In this document: piece by piece, positions 33,212 through 44,884 of the stretch | How the letters are laid out: every line of letters starts with the position of its first letter | Numbering within the stretch: position 1 is the first letter of the stretch | Position numbers and translations under genes: made by a program | Notes under the pieces: generated by a model | Seen by the model: only the letters and a program-made list of their open reading frames with translations | Told to the model about the DNA's origin: nothing | Databases searched by the model: none | DNA from: an uncultured delta proteobacterium | Lineage (GTDB): Bacteria > Myxococcota_A > Polyangia > Polyangiales > Polyangiaceae | Direction: 5' to 3' | NCBI GenBank assembly: GCA_963806225.1 | Contig: CAWDXG010000001.1 | Span: 1,536,001-1,600,000, forward strand | DNA: 64,000 nucleotides

Positions 33212-33537
33212 AGGAATCCCGCTCGTTTCTGGTGTTGTGGACCCTGGCGGTGCTGGCCGCCACGGCTGCTTTCGTCCTGTATCTCGGGCTGCGGGTGCGC
33301 TCCGTGCAGCTCGGCTACGAGCTCGGGCACTCGCACGCGAAGGTGTCGCGGCTGCGCGAGGTCAAGCGCGTACTGGAGCTGGAGCTCGCCAGTCACAAGA
33401 CGCCGGAGCGCGTCGAGCTGGTGGCGCGCACGTTGCTCGGAATGAAGGAGCCGAGCCCCGATCGCATCCTGTCGGCGGGCAAGGAGCCTTCGGGCGCGGA
33501 GCAGGACAAGAACGACCAGGGCGGAGGTGCTCCGTGA
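33208..33537 (+). CDS. ftsL: Cell division protein FtsL
   Basis: Single TM plus coiled coil, between rsmH and ftsI. Confidence 0.85.
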   Translation: MKESRSFLVLWTLAVLAATAAFVLYLGLRVRSVQLGYELGHSHAKVSRLREVKRVLELELASHKTPERVELVARTLLGMKEPSPDRILSAGKEPSGAEQDKNDQGGGAP

Positions 33538-35624
33538 ACGAGAGCAGCCTGAGCACGGCGCGCGGGCGCTGGATCCGCATGCGCATGGGGATCCTGTGCG
33601 GGCTGCTCGCGCTCGGCCTCGGGTTGGTGGTCTCGGCTGGTTGGGACCTGATGGTGAAGGACGGGCGGACCTGGCGCGAGCTGGCCGACAAGCAGCGCCA
33701 GCGGCGCCTGCACGTCGTGCCGAAGCGGGGCACCATCTACGATCGCAACGGCAGCGCGCTGGCGGTGAGCGTCGAGGTGCCCAGCGTGAGCCTGGACTCG
33801 GTGGAGCTTCTGCGCGGAGTGCCGCCGGCGGAGGTGCCGTATGTGGCGCGCGACGCGGCCAACCGTATCGCCCGGGCGCTTTCGCTCGATCCGGCGATGG
33901 TGGAGCGCAAGATCCTGCAGAAGCATCGCTTCACCTGGTTGAAGCGACGCATCAGTGCCCAGGAGGCGGAGCGCATCCGTGAGCTGGCGTCGAGGAAGCA
34001 GCAGAACGGGCAGCGGCGCGTCCACGGTCTGCTCGTGGAAGGGGAGGGGCATCGCTACTACCCGCGTCGCGAGCTGGCGAGCACCGTGCTCGGCTTCGTG
34101 GCGCCGGACGGCGAAGGCAAGGACGGCTTCGAGCTGGAGATGAACCGCGAGCTCAAGGGGCACGTGGAACAGCTGCGTGGCCTGCGCGACCGCGCAGGAA
34201 GGCTGCTCTTCTCCGGCGGCATCCGCGACGACCAGGCGCTCGCCGGTCACAACATCCAGCTGACTATCGATCAGGGCATCCAGTACGTCGCCGAGCGCGC
34301 GCTCGGAAACGCGGTGCGCACCTTCGAGGCGGACGGTGGCTCGGTGGTCGTCGTCAAGCCCGAGACCGGCGAGATCCTCGCGATGGCGAGCTGGCCGCAC
34401 TACAACCCCAACGACTATACCGACAGCGAAGCGGTCCAGCGCCGCGACCGCACCGTGACGGACGTCTTCGAGCCGGGCTCGACGATGAAGATGTTCACGC
34501 TGTCGCTCGGCTTGACCAACGGCGTGATCACGCCCACGCAGAAGCTGTTCTGCGAAAAGGGCATGATGGCGGTGGACAACATCGTCATCCGGGACACGCA
34601 CCGCTCGGGGTGGCTGACCCCGTCGCAGATCCTGCAGGTCTCGTCGAACATCTGTGCCGCGAAGATCGGGCTCAGCATGGGCGGCGACAAGCTGTACGAG
34701 GGCCTGCGCCGCTTTGGGTTCGGCGAGGAAACGGGCATTCCGCTGCCCGGCGAATCCTCGGGCACGCTGCGACCGCGCGGGCGGCCCTGGGTGCAGGTCG
34801 AGACGGCCGCTGCGTCGTTCGGCCAGGGCATCAGCGTCACCAATCTGCAGCTCGCGATGGGTGCGGCCGCGATCGCCAATGGCGGCAGGTTGATGCAGCC
34901 GATCCTGGTGAAGAAGGTGACGACTGCCGACGGCGAGGTCGTGCGCGAGGCCGCGCCGGTCGTGCGCCGGCGGGTGATCTCCGGGCGCGTGGCGCACCTG
35001 ATGGCGGAGATGATGGTGAGCGTGACGGAGGGCGAGGGGACGGGCACTGCCGCGGCCATCCCGGGCTACAAGGTGGCGGGCAAGACCGCGACCGCGCAGA
35101 AGACCGATCCCGCGACGGGGCGCTACTCGCTCGACAAGTACGTGGCGTCGTTCATCGGCTTCGTGCCGGCGGATCACCCGGTGGTGACGATCGCGGTGAT
35201 GGTGGACGAGCCGATGGTGGAGCACGCAGGCGGCGCGGTGGCCGCTCCCGTGTTCCGCAAGGTCGCGGAGATGAGCCTGAAGTACATGGGGCTCACGCCG
35301 CGGGGCACGAAGCCGGTGGACATCAAGAAGCTCGCGCACGAGCCCGACCCGGCCAACGCGACCATCGCGATGCTGCGGCAGGCGGGCGGCGTGAAGCCGG
35401 CGGTGCAGGAGGTGAAGAAGGACGACGGGCCCGTGCCGCACGGCGAGGTGCGACTGCCGGACATGACGGGGTGGCCCGTGCGCGAGGCGGTGCGCCAGGC
35501 GATCGAGCTCGGCGTGCACCCGGAGGTCAAGGGCTCGGGGCTTCTGGCCAAGCAGCATCCGGCGCCGGGCGGATTGGTGAAGAAGGGCGATCACCTGCTT
35601 CTCGTGTTCGAGCCCGCGACATGA
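33534..35624 (+). CDS. ftsI: Penicillin-binding protein FtsI with C-terminal PASTA domain
   Basis: RGTIYDRNG, EPGSTMK (SxxK), SSN, GKTATAQK, LPDMTG. Confidence 0.95.
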   Translation: MNESSLSTARGRWIRMRMGILCGLLALGLGLVVSAGWDLMVKDGRTWRELADKQRQRRLHVVPKRGTIYDRNGSALAVSVEVPSVSLDSVELLRGVPPAEVPYVARDAANRIARALSLDPAMVERKILQKHRFTWLKRRISAQEAERIRELASRKQQNGQRRVHGLLVEGEGHRYYPRRELASTVLGFVAPDGEGKDGFELEMNRELKGHVEQLRGLRDRAGRLLFSGGIRDDQALAGHNIQLTIDQGIQYVAERALGNAVRTFEADGGSVVVVKPETGEILAMASWPHYNPNDYTDSEAVQRRDRTVTDVFEPGSTMKMFTLSLGLTNGVITPTQKLFCEKGMMAVDNIVIRDTHRSGWLTPSQILQVSSNICAAKIGLSMGGDKLYEGLRRFGFGEETGIPLPGESSGTLRPRGRPWVQVETAAASFGQGISVTNLQLAMGAAAIANGGRLMQPILVKKVTTADGEVVREAAPVVRRRVISGRVAHLMAEMMVSVTEGEGTGTAAAIPGYKVAGKTATAQKTDPATGRYSLDKYVASFIGFVPADHPVVTIAVMVDEPMVEHAGGAVAAPVFRKVAEMSLKYMGLTPRGTKPVDIKKLAHEPDPANATIAMLRQAGGVKPAVQEVKKDDGPVPHGEVRLPDMTGWPVREAVRQAIELGVHPEVKGSGLLAKQHPAPGGLVKKGDHLLLVFEPAT

Positions 35625-37157
35625 ACATGCCCGTGCCGACGAAAGGACTCGACGTCCAGCAGAGCCTGCGCTCCGGCATTACGCTGGGCGAGCTCGAGCG
35701 TGAGCTCGAGGCCGTCGGCGCGCGGCTCCAGGGCGGCGCGGACGTGGCGGTCAGCGACGTGCGGCACGACTCGCGCCAGGTGCGCCAGGGCGATCTGTTC
35801 GTGGCGCGGCGGGGCGGGCGCGCGAGCGGCCTCTCGTTTATCGAGGACGCCCTGGCGCGCGGCGCGGCGGCGCTGATCCTCGAGCGCGGCGTGCCGGAGA
35901 GTTTCGATGTGCCGGTGCTCGAGGTGGATGACGTGCGGCTGGCGCTGGCGCTCGCCGCCGAGGCGGTGCACGCCCATCCCACGCGGGCGCTTTCGGTGGT
36001 GGGCCTCACGGGCACCAACGGCAAGACCACCACGGCGTGGCTCGTGCAGCACGCTCTTGCGGGGGCTGGCGCAAGGCCCGCGCGGCTCGGGACACTCGGC
36101 TACGACTTCGGCGCGCGATCGTTCCGGGTCGCTGCTCACGACTCCGGAAGCCGACGACATCTCGCGGCTTGCGGCACGGGTGGTGTCGAGCGGCGGCACG
36201 CATCTGGTGATGGAAGCGTCGAGCCACGCGCTCTCGCAGGCGCGGGTGGACGCCGTGCATTTCGCGGTGGCCGCGTTCACCAACCTCACGCAGGATCACC
36301 TCGACTACCACGAGTCGATGGATAGCTACGCGGCGGCCAAGCTCCGGCTCTTCACCGAGCTCCGGCCGGATGTATCGGTGCTGAACGTCGACGACGAGAC
36401 CGGCGCGCGCTTCGCCGAGCAGGCGCGGGGCCGCGTGATCCGCGTCGGGCGCCGACCGGACGCGGACGTGCGCCCCATCGACGTGGAGCTCGATGCGAGC
36501 GGCATCCACGGGCGGGTGCGGCTTGCGTCGGGAGAGGTGCGGATCGCCAGCCGGCTGGTGGGCGAGCACAACCTCGACAACCTGCTGCTCACGCTCGGCA
36601 TCGTCGAGGCGCTCGGACTGTCCGCCGAGCGCGCCGCCGAGGCTCTCTCGCTGTGTCCGGCGGTGCCCGGGAGGCTCGAGCGCTGCGACGTTCCGGTGGA
36701 CGACGTGCTCGCGCTGGTCGACTACGCCCACACGCCCGACGCCCTGTCGCGCGCTCTTGCCGCGGTGCGGGGTCTGGGAAACGGGCGTGTGCTCTGCGTT
36801 TTCGGCTGCGGCGGCGACCGCGATCCGGACAAGCGTCCGCTCATGGGCGACGCGGTTGGACGCGGCGCAGACTACGCCATCATCAGCAACGACAATCCCC
36901 GCTCGGAGGATCCGGAGGCGATCGCGAAGGCCATCGAGCCGGGTCTCGCGGCGCACGATATCCCGTACGAGACGATCCTCGACCGCGCCCGCGCCATCGA
37001 ACGGGCCGTGACCCTGGCGGAGCCCGGCGATGTCGTGCTGGTCGCGGGCAAGGGGCACGAGCCGTACCAGATCCTCGGCGACGTGCGCCGGCGCTTCGAC
37101 GACCGCGTCGAGCTCCGGCGGGCGCTGGCGCTCCGGCGCGAAAGGCTCGGGCGCTGA
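35621..37157 (+). CDS. murE: MurE ligase (frameshift near 36120)
   Basis: GLTGTNGKTT then LTTPE, MEASSH, DHLDYH, DYAHTPDA, DNPR, AGKGHE across two frames. Confidence 0.93.
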
Positions 37158-38579
37158 TGGCGACGCCGATTCCGGAAAACCGCGTGGCGCTGTCGCTGGC
37201 GGAGATCGCGGAGGCGACGGCCGGCGAGGTGCTCGCCGGCGGCACGCAGGCCGTCCGCGGCGTCACCACCGACTCGCGCGGCGACGTGGCGGGCAAGCTG
37301 TTCGTGGCGCTGGAGGGCGAGAGCTTCGATGGGCACGATTTCGTCGCCCAGGCCGTGAGTGCGGGCGCCGCGGCGGTACTGGTGTCGCGTGACGTTCCGC
37401 TGGACGGCGACGTGGCGATCGTGCGCGTGCCGTCGACGCTGGACGCGCTCGGCGCAGCTGGCGCGCCTGCATCGCCGGCGCTGGGGCGGCACACTGGTGG
37501 CGATCGGCGGCTCGGCGGGCAAGACGACGACGAAAACCGCCGTCGCGTCGGTGCTCGAGGCACTGATGCCCGGCCAGGTGCACGCGGCGCGCGGCAATCT
37601 GAACAACCAGATCGGCGTGCCGATGGTGCTGTTCGGGCTCGAGCCGGCGCACAAGCTGGCGGTCGTGGAGATCGGCACGAACCAGCGCGGCGAGGTGGAA
37701 AAGCTGGCGGCGGTCGCGGAGCCGGACGTGGCGCTCCTGACGCTCATCGCGCTGGAGCACGCCGAGGGCATCGGCGACCTGGACGCGGTGGAAGCCGAGG
37801 AGGGCGCGCTGCTGGCGGCGCTCGGGCCCGCCGCTACGGCGATCGGCAACGTCGACGATGCGCGCGTGCGACGCCAACTTGAACGAAGTCCCGCCGGGTC
37901 CAGGATCGGCTACGGCGCCGCGGAGTCCGCCGACTACCGGCTCTTGTCGCGCGAGCCGCATGGACTGTCCGGTGCGCGGCTCGCGATCCGCCGGCCCAGC
38001 GGCGACGCCACGATCGACATCTCCCTGTGCGGCCTGCCGGGCGCGCTGGCCGCGCTGGCGGCGCTCGCCGTCGCGGAACGGGTCCAGGGGGAACCCGTCG
38101 ATGCTGTGCGCGCCGCGGCTGCGGTCACCGCCGAACCCGGGCGGCTCGGTCCGCTCACCCTCGGCGACGGCACCGTCGTGCTCGACGACAGCTACAACGC
38201 GAACCCCGCCAGTGTGAAGAGCTCGGTCCAGACCGCGCGCGAGATCGCCGAGGCGCGCAGCGCGCGGCTGGTGCTGGTGATCGGCGAGATGCGCGAGCTC
38301 GGCGCGGCTTCCGCCGGCGAGCACGCGGCACTAGGGCGCGAGCTGGGCGCGGGCATCGCCGCCGCGTTGGTACTGGTCGGCGGTGACGCCGAGCTGGCGC
38401 TCCAGCCGGCGCGCGCCGGCGGGCTCGACGCGGTGTTCGCGCCGGACGCGGAGTCTGCGCTCGCGCCGGTGCTGGAGCGCGTGCGCGCGGGCGACGTGGT
38501 GCTGGTCAAGGCGTCGCGCGGCGTCCGCGCCGAGCGCATCGTGGACGGCTTGATCCGCGCCAGGGGGAGGGCGGCGTGA
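37157..38579 (+). CDS. murF: MurF ligase (frameshift near 37454)
   Basis: TDSR, FDGHDF, GSAGKTTTK, NNQIGVP, DSYNANP, LVKASRG. Confidence 0.93.
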
Positions 38580-39705
38580 TCTACGAGCTGCTCTATCCGC
38601 TGAGCCAGCGCTTCGGCTGGGCGAGCGCGCTCAACGTGCTGCGTTACACGCCATTCCGCGCGATCATGTCGACGATCACGGCGATGCTGATGTGCTTCGT
38701 GCTGGCGCCGTGGTTCATCAGAAGCTCCGCGGCAGGCAGATCAGCCAGATCATCCGCGAGGAGGGTCCCGAGTCGCACCAGGCCAAGGCCGGTACGCCGA
38801 CCATGGGCGGCGCGCTGATCCTGCTTGCCGTGCTGGTGCCGACGGTGCTGTGGGCCGACGTGAAGAACGTGTTCGTGCTGGCGACGGCGGCGGTCACCGC
38901 CGGCTACGGCGCCATCGGCTATATCGACGACCGGATGAAGATCACGGGTGGCAGCGCCAAGGGCCTGCCGGGGCGCTACAAGCTGCTCGGGCAGTTCCTG
39001 ATCGGCGGCGCAGCCATCGGCTACGTGTTCCTCGACACGAACAAGATGCCCGCCGACTGGGTGGCGATGCGGACGCGGCTGTCGATTCCGTTCGTGGCCT
39101 TCCACAAGCACCCGGTCGAGTTGCCGCTCTGGCTGTACATCGTCTTCGCGCTGTTCGTGGTGGTGGGCACGAGCAACGCGGTCAATCTCACCGACGGTCT
39201 GGACGGCCTCGCGATCGGTCCGGTGATGATCAACGCCGGGACCTACATGGTGTGGGCGTACATCGCCGGCCTGATCCTGTTCGGCCGTCCGATGGCGCAG
39301 TACCTCGACATCCCCGGCATCCTGGAGATGAGCGATCTCGCGGTGTTCGGTGCGGCGGTGATCGGCGCGGGGGTCGGCTTCCTCTGGTACAACACCTATC
39401 CAGCGCAGGTGTTCATGGGGGACGTCGGTTCGCTGTCGCTCGGCGGCGGGCTCGGCATGATGGCCGTTCTCACGAAGAACGAGCTTCTGAGCATCCTCAT
39501 CGGCGGCATCTTCTTCCTCGAGGCGGTGAGCGTCATCACCCAGGTGGTGAGCTTCAAGCTGTTCGGGCGGCGCGTGTTCCTGATGGCGCCGATCCACCAC
39601 CACTTCGAACAGAAGGGCTGGCCCGAGCCGCGCATCATCGTGCGTTTCTGGATCATCTCCATCCTGTTGGCCCTGGTGGCCCTGTCGTCCCTGAAGCTGA
39701 GGTAG
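38576..39705 (+). CDS. mraY: Phospho-N-acetylmuramoyl-pentapeptide transferase (frameshift near 38720)
   Basis: KAGTPTMGG, NAVNLTDGLDGL, FMGDVGS, MAPIHHHFE. Confidence 0.95.
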
Positions 39706-39708
39706 CCG

Positions 39709-41052
39709 ATGGAGATAGCGGGCAAGCGGGTCATCGTCGTCGGGCTGGGGCAGAGCGGGATTGCCGCGGCGCGGCTGTGCGCGGCGCGCGGCGCGCGCGT
39801 GGTGGCGGCCGACGCTGCGCCACTCGAGCGGCTGGACGCCGCTGTGCGCGAGCTGGACGCAGAGGTCGTGACCGGCGGCTACGACGGCGTGCGCTTCGAG
39901 GACGCGGCTCTGATCGTGATCTCGCCCGGTGTGCCGGCGTTCCCGGCGCTGCGCGCCGCGGAAGCGGCCGGCGTCGAGGTCATCGGCGAGCTGGAGCTCG
40001 CGTGGCGCTGTCTGGATGCGCCGCTGGCGCTCGTGGGCGGCACCAACGGCAAGAGCACGACGACGACGCTGCTCGGCCATCTGGTTGCGGCGAGCGGCGC
40101 GCGCACCTTCGTCGGCGGCAACCTCGGCACCCCGCTCTCCGACGCCGTGGACGGCAGCTGGGACGCCCTGGTCGTGGAGGCGTCCAGCTTCCAGCTCGAG
40201 CGCGCGCCGACGCTGCGTCCGCGCGTCGCGGTGCTGCTCAACATCAGCGAGGATCACCTCGACCGCTATCCGGATCTGGCGGCGTACGCGCGTGCCAAGG
40301 GCAACGCCTTCATCAACCAGACGCCGGAGGACATCGCGGTGATCCCGGCCAACGATCAGCTGTGCGCCGAGCAGGCCGCGCGCGGCCGCGGGCGCGTGGT
40401 GGGCTTCGGGCCGGGTGGCGACTACTCGGTCGACGATCGCGAGGTGGTCGAGCACGCGGGCGGCGAGCGCTTTTCCCTGGAAGGGGCCGACCTGCACGGC
40501 CGGCACAATCTCGACAATGCCGCCGCGGCGATCGCGGCTGCGCGCGAGCTCGGCGTCTCCAGGCAGGCGATCTCCGACGGCTTGTCGCGCTTCCGGGCGC
40601 TGCCTCATCGCATGGCCCTGGCCGGCGTGGTCGACGGCATCACCTTCTACGACGATTCGAAAGGGACCAACGTCGGTGCGGCGGTGACCGCGCTTTCGTG
40701 GTCTCGTCGAGCCGCGCGGCGTGTTGATCGCCGGCGGCCGCGACAAGCTCGGCTCCTACGAGCCGCTGGTCGCCGCACTGGAAGAGAAGGGGCGTGCACT
40801 GGTCTTGATCGGCGAGGCGGCCGAACGCATCGCTGCCGCGGTCGGCGACCGGCTGCCCGTCGAGCGTGCGGCAATCGATGCGCGCCGCCGTGGAGCGCGC
40901 CTACCGGCTGGCGCACCCCGGCGACGCGGTGCTCTTGAGCCCCGCCTGCTCGAGCTTCGACATGTTCAAGAGCTACGCCGAACGCGGGCGATAGCTTCGT
41001 GGAAGCGGTTGGGGAGCTCGCCGCCCGGCCGCGGCTGGAGGAAGCCCGGTGA
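39709..41052 (+). CDS. murD: MurD ligase (frameshifts near 40695, 40876, 40987)
   Basis: [42 protein letters not shown]. Confidence 0.93.
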
Positions 41053-42330
41053 AGAAGTTCCTGAAGAGTCTGTTGGCGCCCGGGCCGCGCACCGGTCCGG
41101 TCGACGTGGTGCTGGCAGCGGTGGTGATCGGCCTCGTCGGTTTCGGCGTGGTGATGGTGTACAGCGCCAGCGTCATCGAGGCGACCACCGTCTTCCACGA
41201 CCCGCAGTACTTCCTCAAGCGTCAGGCCATCTACGCCGGCATCGGGCTGACGGTGATGTTCTTCGCTCTCGCGTTTCGACTACCACAAGCTCAAGGCGCT
41301 CACGTACCCGGTGCTGGTCGCGGTGACGGGACTGATGCTGCTCAGCGTGGTCGGTTTCGGCCACTCCGGCGGCGGCGCGGCGCGCTGGCTCCGGCTCGGC
41401 CCGGTCAACGTGCAGCCGTCCGAGATGGCCAAGCTCGCGTTGATCCTGTGGCTCGCCTACTCGCTCGAGAAGAAGCAGGAGAAGGTCAAGAGCTTCTCCA
41501 TCGGCATGCTCCCGCACCTCATCATGGTCGGCGGGCTGATGCTGCTGTGCCTCAAGCAGCCGGACTTCGGCAGCGCCGTCGTGCTCCTGTTCCTGACGTT
41601 CACGCTGCTGTTCGTCGCTGGTGCGCGGCTCGGCTACCTGCTCGGCGTTGGCATGGTGGGCGCCGTGGGGGCGGCGTGGCTGGTGCGCTTCAAGACCTAT
41701 CGCTGGGAACGCATGCTCGCCTGGTTCAACATGAACCAGCACCGGCAGGATCTGGCGTACCAGCCCTTCCAGTCGGTGATGAGCTTCGGCTCGGGTCAGG
41801 TTACCGGGCTCGGTCTCGGCAAGGGCCTGCAGGTGCTGTACCTGCCCGAGGCGCACACCGACTTCATCTCGGCGATCATCGGCGAGGAGCTCGGCTTCAT
41901 CGGCATCCTGCTCTTGTGCACGGTGTTCCTGGTGATCGTCGCGCGGGGGGTGCGCACGGCTCTGGCCGCGAAGGACGACTACGGCTCCTACATCGCCTTC
42001 GGCATCTCGATCCTGTTCGGCGTGCAGGCGCTGATCAACATGGCCGTCGCCATGGCGATGCTGCCCACGAAGGGTCTGACCCTGCCGTTCGTCAGCTACG
42101 GCGGCTCGTCGCTCCTGGTGAGCGCTGCGGCGATGGGCGTGCTGCTCAACGTGTCGCGGAGCCGCATCGGCAACGCGAACGCGCGGGTGCCCGGAAGCGC
42201 GGGCCCCGAGCCCGAGGCCAGCGCGATGTTGGTGAGCGAAGCCGACTTCGCGCCGGAAGCGAAGAAGAAGCCGACGAAGAAGCGGCGCGTGAAGAAGCCC
42301 GGCATCACGCCGGCCGGGGAGGGCGCATGA
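41049..42330 (+). CDS. ftsW: FtsW peptidoglycan polymerase (frameshift near 41268)
   Basis: MVYSAS, QPSE, QPDFG, LPEAHTDF, LPFVSYGGSS. Confidence 0.95.
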
Positions 42331-43484
42331 CGGCGCTGCTCTTCGCAGGCGGAGGCACCGGGGGCCACGTGTTCCCGATGGTGGCCGTGGCCGATGCGCT
42401 CTCCGGCATCGCGCCCGGGCTCCGTCTGGTGTTCGTGGGCACCTCGCGCGGACTGGAAAAGCGCGTCGTGCCGGAGCGGGGCTACGAGCTCGAGCTGATG
42501 GACGTGCTGCCGATCCGCGGTGGCGGCGTTTCGGGCGCGCTCAAGGGCATGGGGCGTGCGGCCGCGCTGGTCGGTCAGGGGCGCGCTCTGGTCAAGCGCT
42601 ACGCGCCGGCGGCGGTGTTCTCGCTCGGCGGCTATGCGGCGGGGCCCGTCTCTCTGGCCGCGCGGCTTTCCGGCGTACCGCTGGCGCTGATGGAGCCGAA
42701 CGCGGTCATCGGCCTGGCCAACCGCCTGGTGGCGCCGTTCGTGCGGCGTGCGTACACGGCATTCGAAGAGCCGGAGCGGCATTTCAAGCAGGGCGTGGTG
42801 CTGCGCTCCGGCGTGCCCATCCGTGGCGGCTTCGAGCCGCGCCCCTACGCGCGCGCCGCGGGCGCGCTCCGCGCGCTGGTACTCGGCGGCAGCCAGGGGG
42901 CCAAGGCGCTGAACGAAGCTGTGCCGCACGCGCTGGCCCAGGCCCGGACGCCCGTTCGGGTGGTCCACCAGTGCGGTCCGGCGCACGGCCCGGCCGTCGA
43001 GGAGCTGTACGCTTCGCTTGGCGCTCGCGATCGCGCGCAGGTGGTACCGTTCATCGAGGACATGCCGTCGGCGATCGGCGCGGCCGATCTCGTGATCGGA
43101 CGCGCCGGTGCCAGTGCGGTCAGCGAGATCTGCGCTGTCGGAAGGCCCAGCGTGCTGGTCCCGTATCCCTTCGCCGCGGGCGACCACCAGCTGGCAAACG
43201 CCCAGGCGCTGGAGAAGGCGGGCGCCGCGCTGTGTGTGCACTCGGTCGACGCGACGCCCGCGCGGTTGGCCGGCGAGATCGACAGGCTGGCGGCAGCCGA
43301 CGGCGAGCTCGAGCGCATGGCAGGGGCGGCGCGGGCCTTCGGCCGTCCACACGCTGCGCTCGCGATCGCGCGGGACCTGCTCGCGCTGGCCGGCCTGCAG
43401 GCGGAAGCGGCGCCAAGCGGCGGGGCCAGCGCGGCTCCGCCCGGCGCCGGCCACGGATCGCTTTCAATGCGGGGGGTGGCCTGA
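42327..43484 (+). CDS. murG: MurG glycosyltransferase
   Basis: GGGTGGHVFP, GGY, GGSQGA, RAGAS, HQ..NA. Confidence 0.96.
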   Translation: MTALLFAGGGTGGHVFPMVAVADALSGIAPGLRLVFVGTSRGLEKRVVPERGYELELMDVLPIRGGGVSGALKGMGRAAALVGQGRALVKRYAPAAVFSLGGYAAGPVSLAARLSGVPLALMEPNAVIGLANRLVAPFVRRAYTAFEEPERHFKQGVVLRSGVPIRGGFEPRPYARAAGALRALVLGGSQGAKALNEAVPHALAQARTPVRVVHQCGPAHGPAVEELYASLGARDRAQVVPFIEDMPSAIGAADLVIGRAGASAVSEICAVGRPSVLVPYPFAAGDHQLANAQALEKAGAALCVHSVDATPARLAGEIDRLAAADGELERMAGAARAFGRPHAALAIARDLLALAGLQAEAAPSGGASAAPPGAGHGSLSMRGVA

Positions 43485-44884
43485 TGTTCCGCGGGCGCGT
43501 GCGTCACGTGCACTTCATCGGGGTCGGCGGCATCGGCATGAGCGGCCTGGCCGAGATCCTGCGCACGCTGGAGTTCGACGTGTCGGGCTCGGATCTGCGC
43601 GAGGGCGAGACGACGCGCCGGCTCTCGCGGCTCGGCGTTCGCGTGGATCTCGGTCATCGCGCTGCCAACGTGCACGGCGCGGATGTGATCGTGTATTCGA
43701 GCGCGATCAACGAGGAGAACCCGGAGATCGCCGAAGCCCGCGCGCTGGGCACGCCGGTCATCTCCCGCGCGGAGATGCTGGCCGAGTTGATGCGCGTCAA
43801 ATACGGCATCGCGATCGCCGGCTCGCACGGCAAGACCACGACCACGTCGCTGGTGGCCACCGTGCTGCGCGCAGCGGGCTTCGACCCCACGGTCGTGGTC
43901 GGCGGACGCATGGCGGCGCTCGGCTCCAACGCGCGGCTCGGCGCCGGCGATCTGCTGGTGGCGGAGGCGGACGAGAGCGACGGGTCCTTCCTGCGCCTGA
44001 CGCCGACCATCGCGGCCATCACCAATATCGATCCCGAGCACCTGGACTTCTACGGCAGCCACGAGGCGATCAAGGAGGCCTTCGTCCAGTTCGTCGAGAA
44101 GGTACCCTTCTACGGCCTGGCGGTGCTCTGCCTCGACCACCCTGCCGTGCAGGAGCTCTTGCCGCGCGTCCGGCGGCGCCATGTGACGTACGGCGTGTCG
44201 CCGCAGGCGGACTACTCGGCGCGCGCTATCAACTTCCGCGGCACGCTCACCAGCTTCGTCGCCTACAAGCAGAACGATCCGCTCGGCGAGTTCAGCGTGC
44301 GCATGCCCGGCCAGCACAACGTGCTCAACACGCTGGCCGCGATCGCGATCGCCGACGAGCTCGAAGTGCCGCTCGACGTGATGAAGGAAGCTCTGGCCAC
44401 CTTCCACGGAGTGGCGCGGCGCTTTTCCGTCGTCGGCGAGGTGGAGGGCGTCACGCTCGTCGACGACTACGGCCACCATCCCGCGGAGATCGTGGCGACG
44501 CTCGACGCCGCACGGCGCGCCTACGACCAGCGCGTCCTGGTCGCCTTCCAGCCGCATCGCTACTCGCGGACCGAGCACCTGTTCGACGAGTTCACGCGCG
44601 CCTTCAACAAGGCGGACCTGGTGCTGGTGACGGACATCTACCCCGCGGGCGAGAAGCCCATCGCCGGCGTCACGGCGGAGCGGCTTGCGCAGGCGATTGC
44701 CGACCACGGTCATCACGCGGTCCGCTACGTCTCCGATCGCGCAGATGTCGCGGGGCAGCTCGCCGACGAGGCGCGCCCCGGCGACGTGGTCATCGCGCTC
44801 GGAGCGGGCGACATCAACAAGGTGCTCGGCGACGTGTCGGCGAACATCAGCGCCCGGGCGGGCAAGAAGGGGGCACAGCCGTGA
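43484..44884 (+). CDS. murC: UDP-N-acetylmuramate--L-alanine ligase
   Basis: HFIGVGGIGMSG, GSHGKTTT, EADESD, DDYGHHP, FQPHRYSRT. Confidence 0.97.
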   Translation: MFRGRVRHVHFIGVGGIGMSGLAEILRTLEFDVSGSDLREGETTRRLSRLGVRVDLGHRAANVHGADVIVYSSAINEENPEIAEARALGTPVISRAEMLAELMRVKYGIAIAGSHGKTTTTSLVATVLRAAGFDPTVVVGGRMAALGSNARLGAGDLLVAEADESDGSFLRLTPTIAAITNIDPEHLDFYGSHEAIKEAFVQFVEKVPFYGLAVLCLDHPAVQELLPRVRRRHVTYGVSPQADYSARAINFRGTLTSFVAYKQNDPLGEFSVRMPGQHNVLNTLAAIAIADELEVPLDVMKEALATFHGVARRFSVVGEVEGVTLVDDYGHHPAEIVATLDAARRAYDQRVLVAFQPHRYSRTEHLFDEFTRAFNKADLVLVTDIYPAGEKPIAGVTAERLAQAIADHGHHAVRYVSDRADVAGQLADEARPGDVVIALGAGDINKVLGDVSANISARAGKKGAQP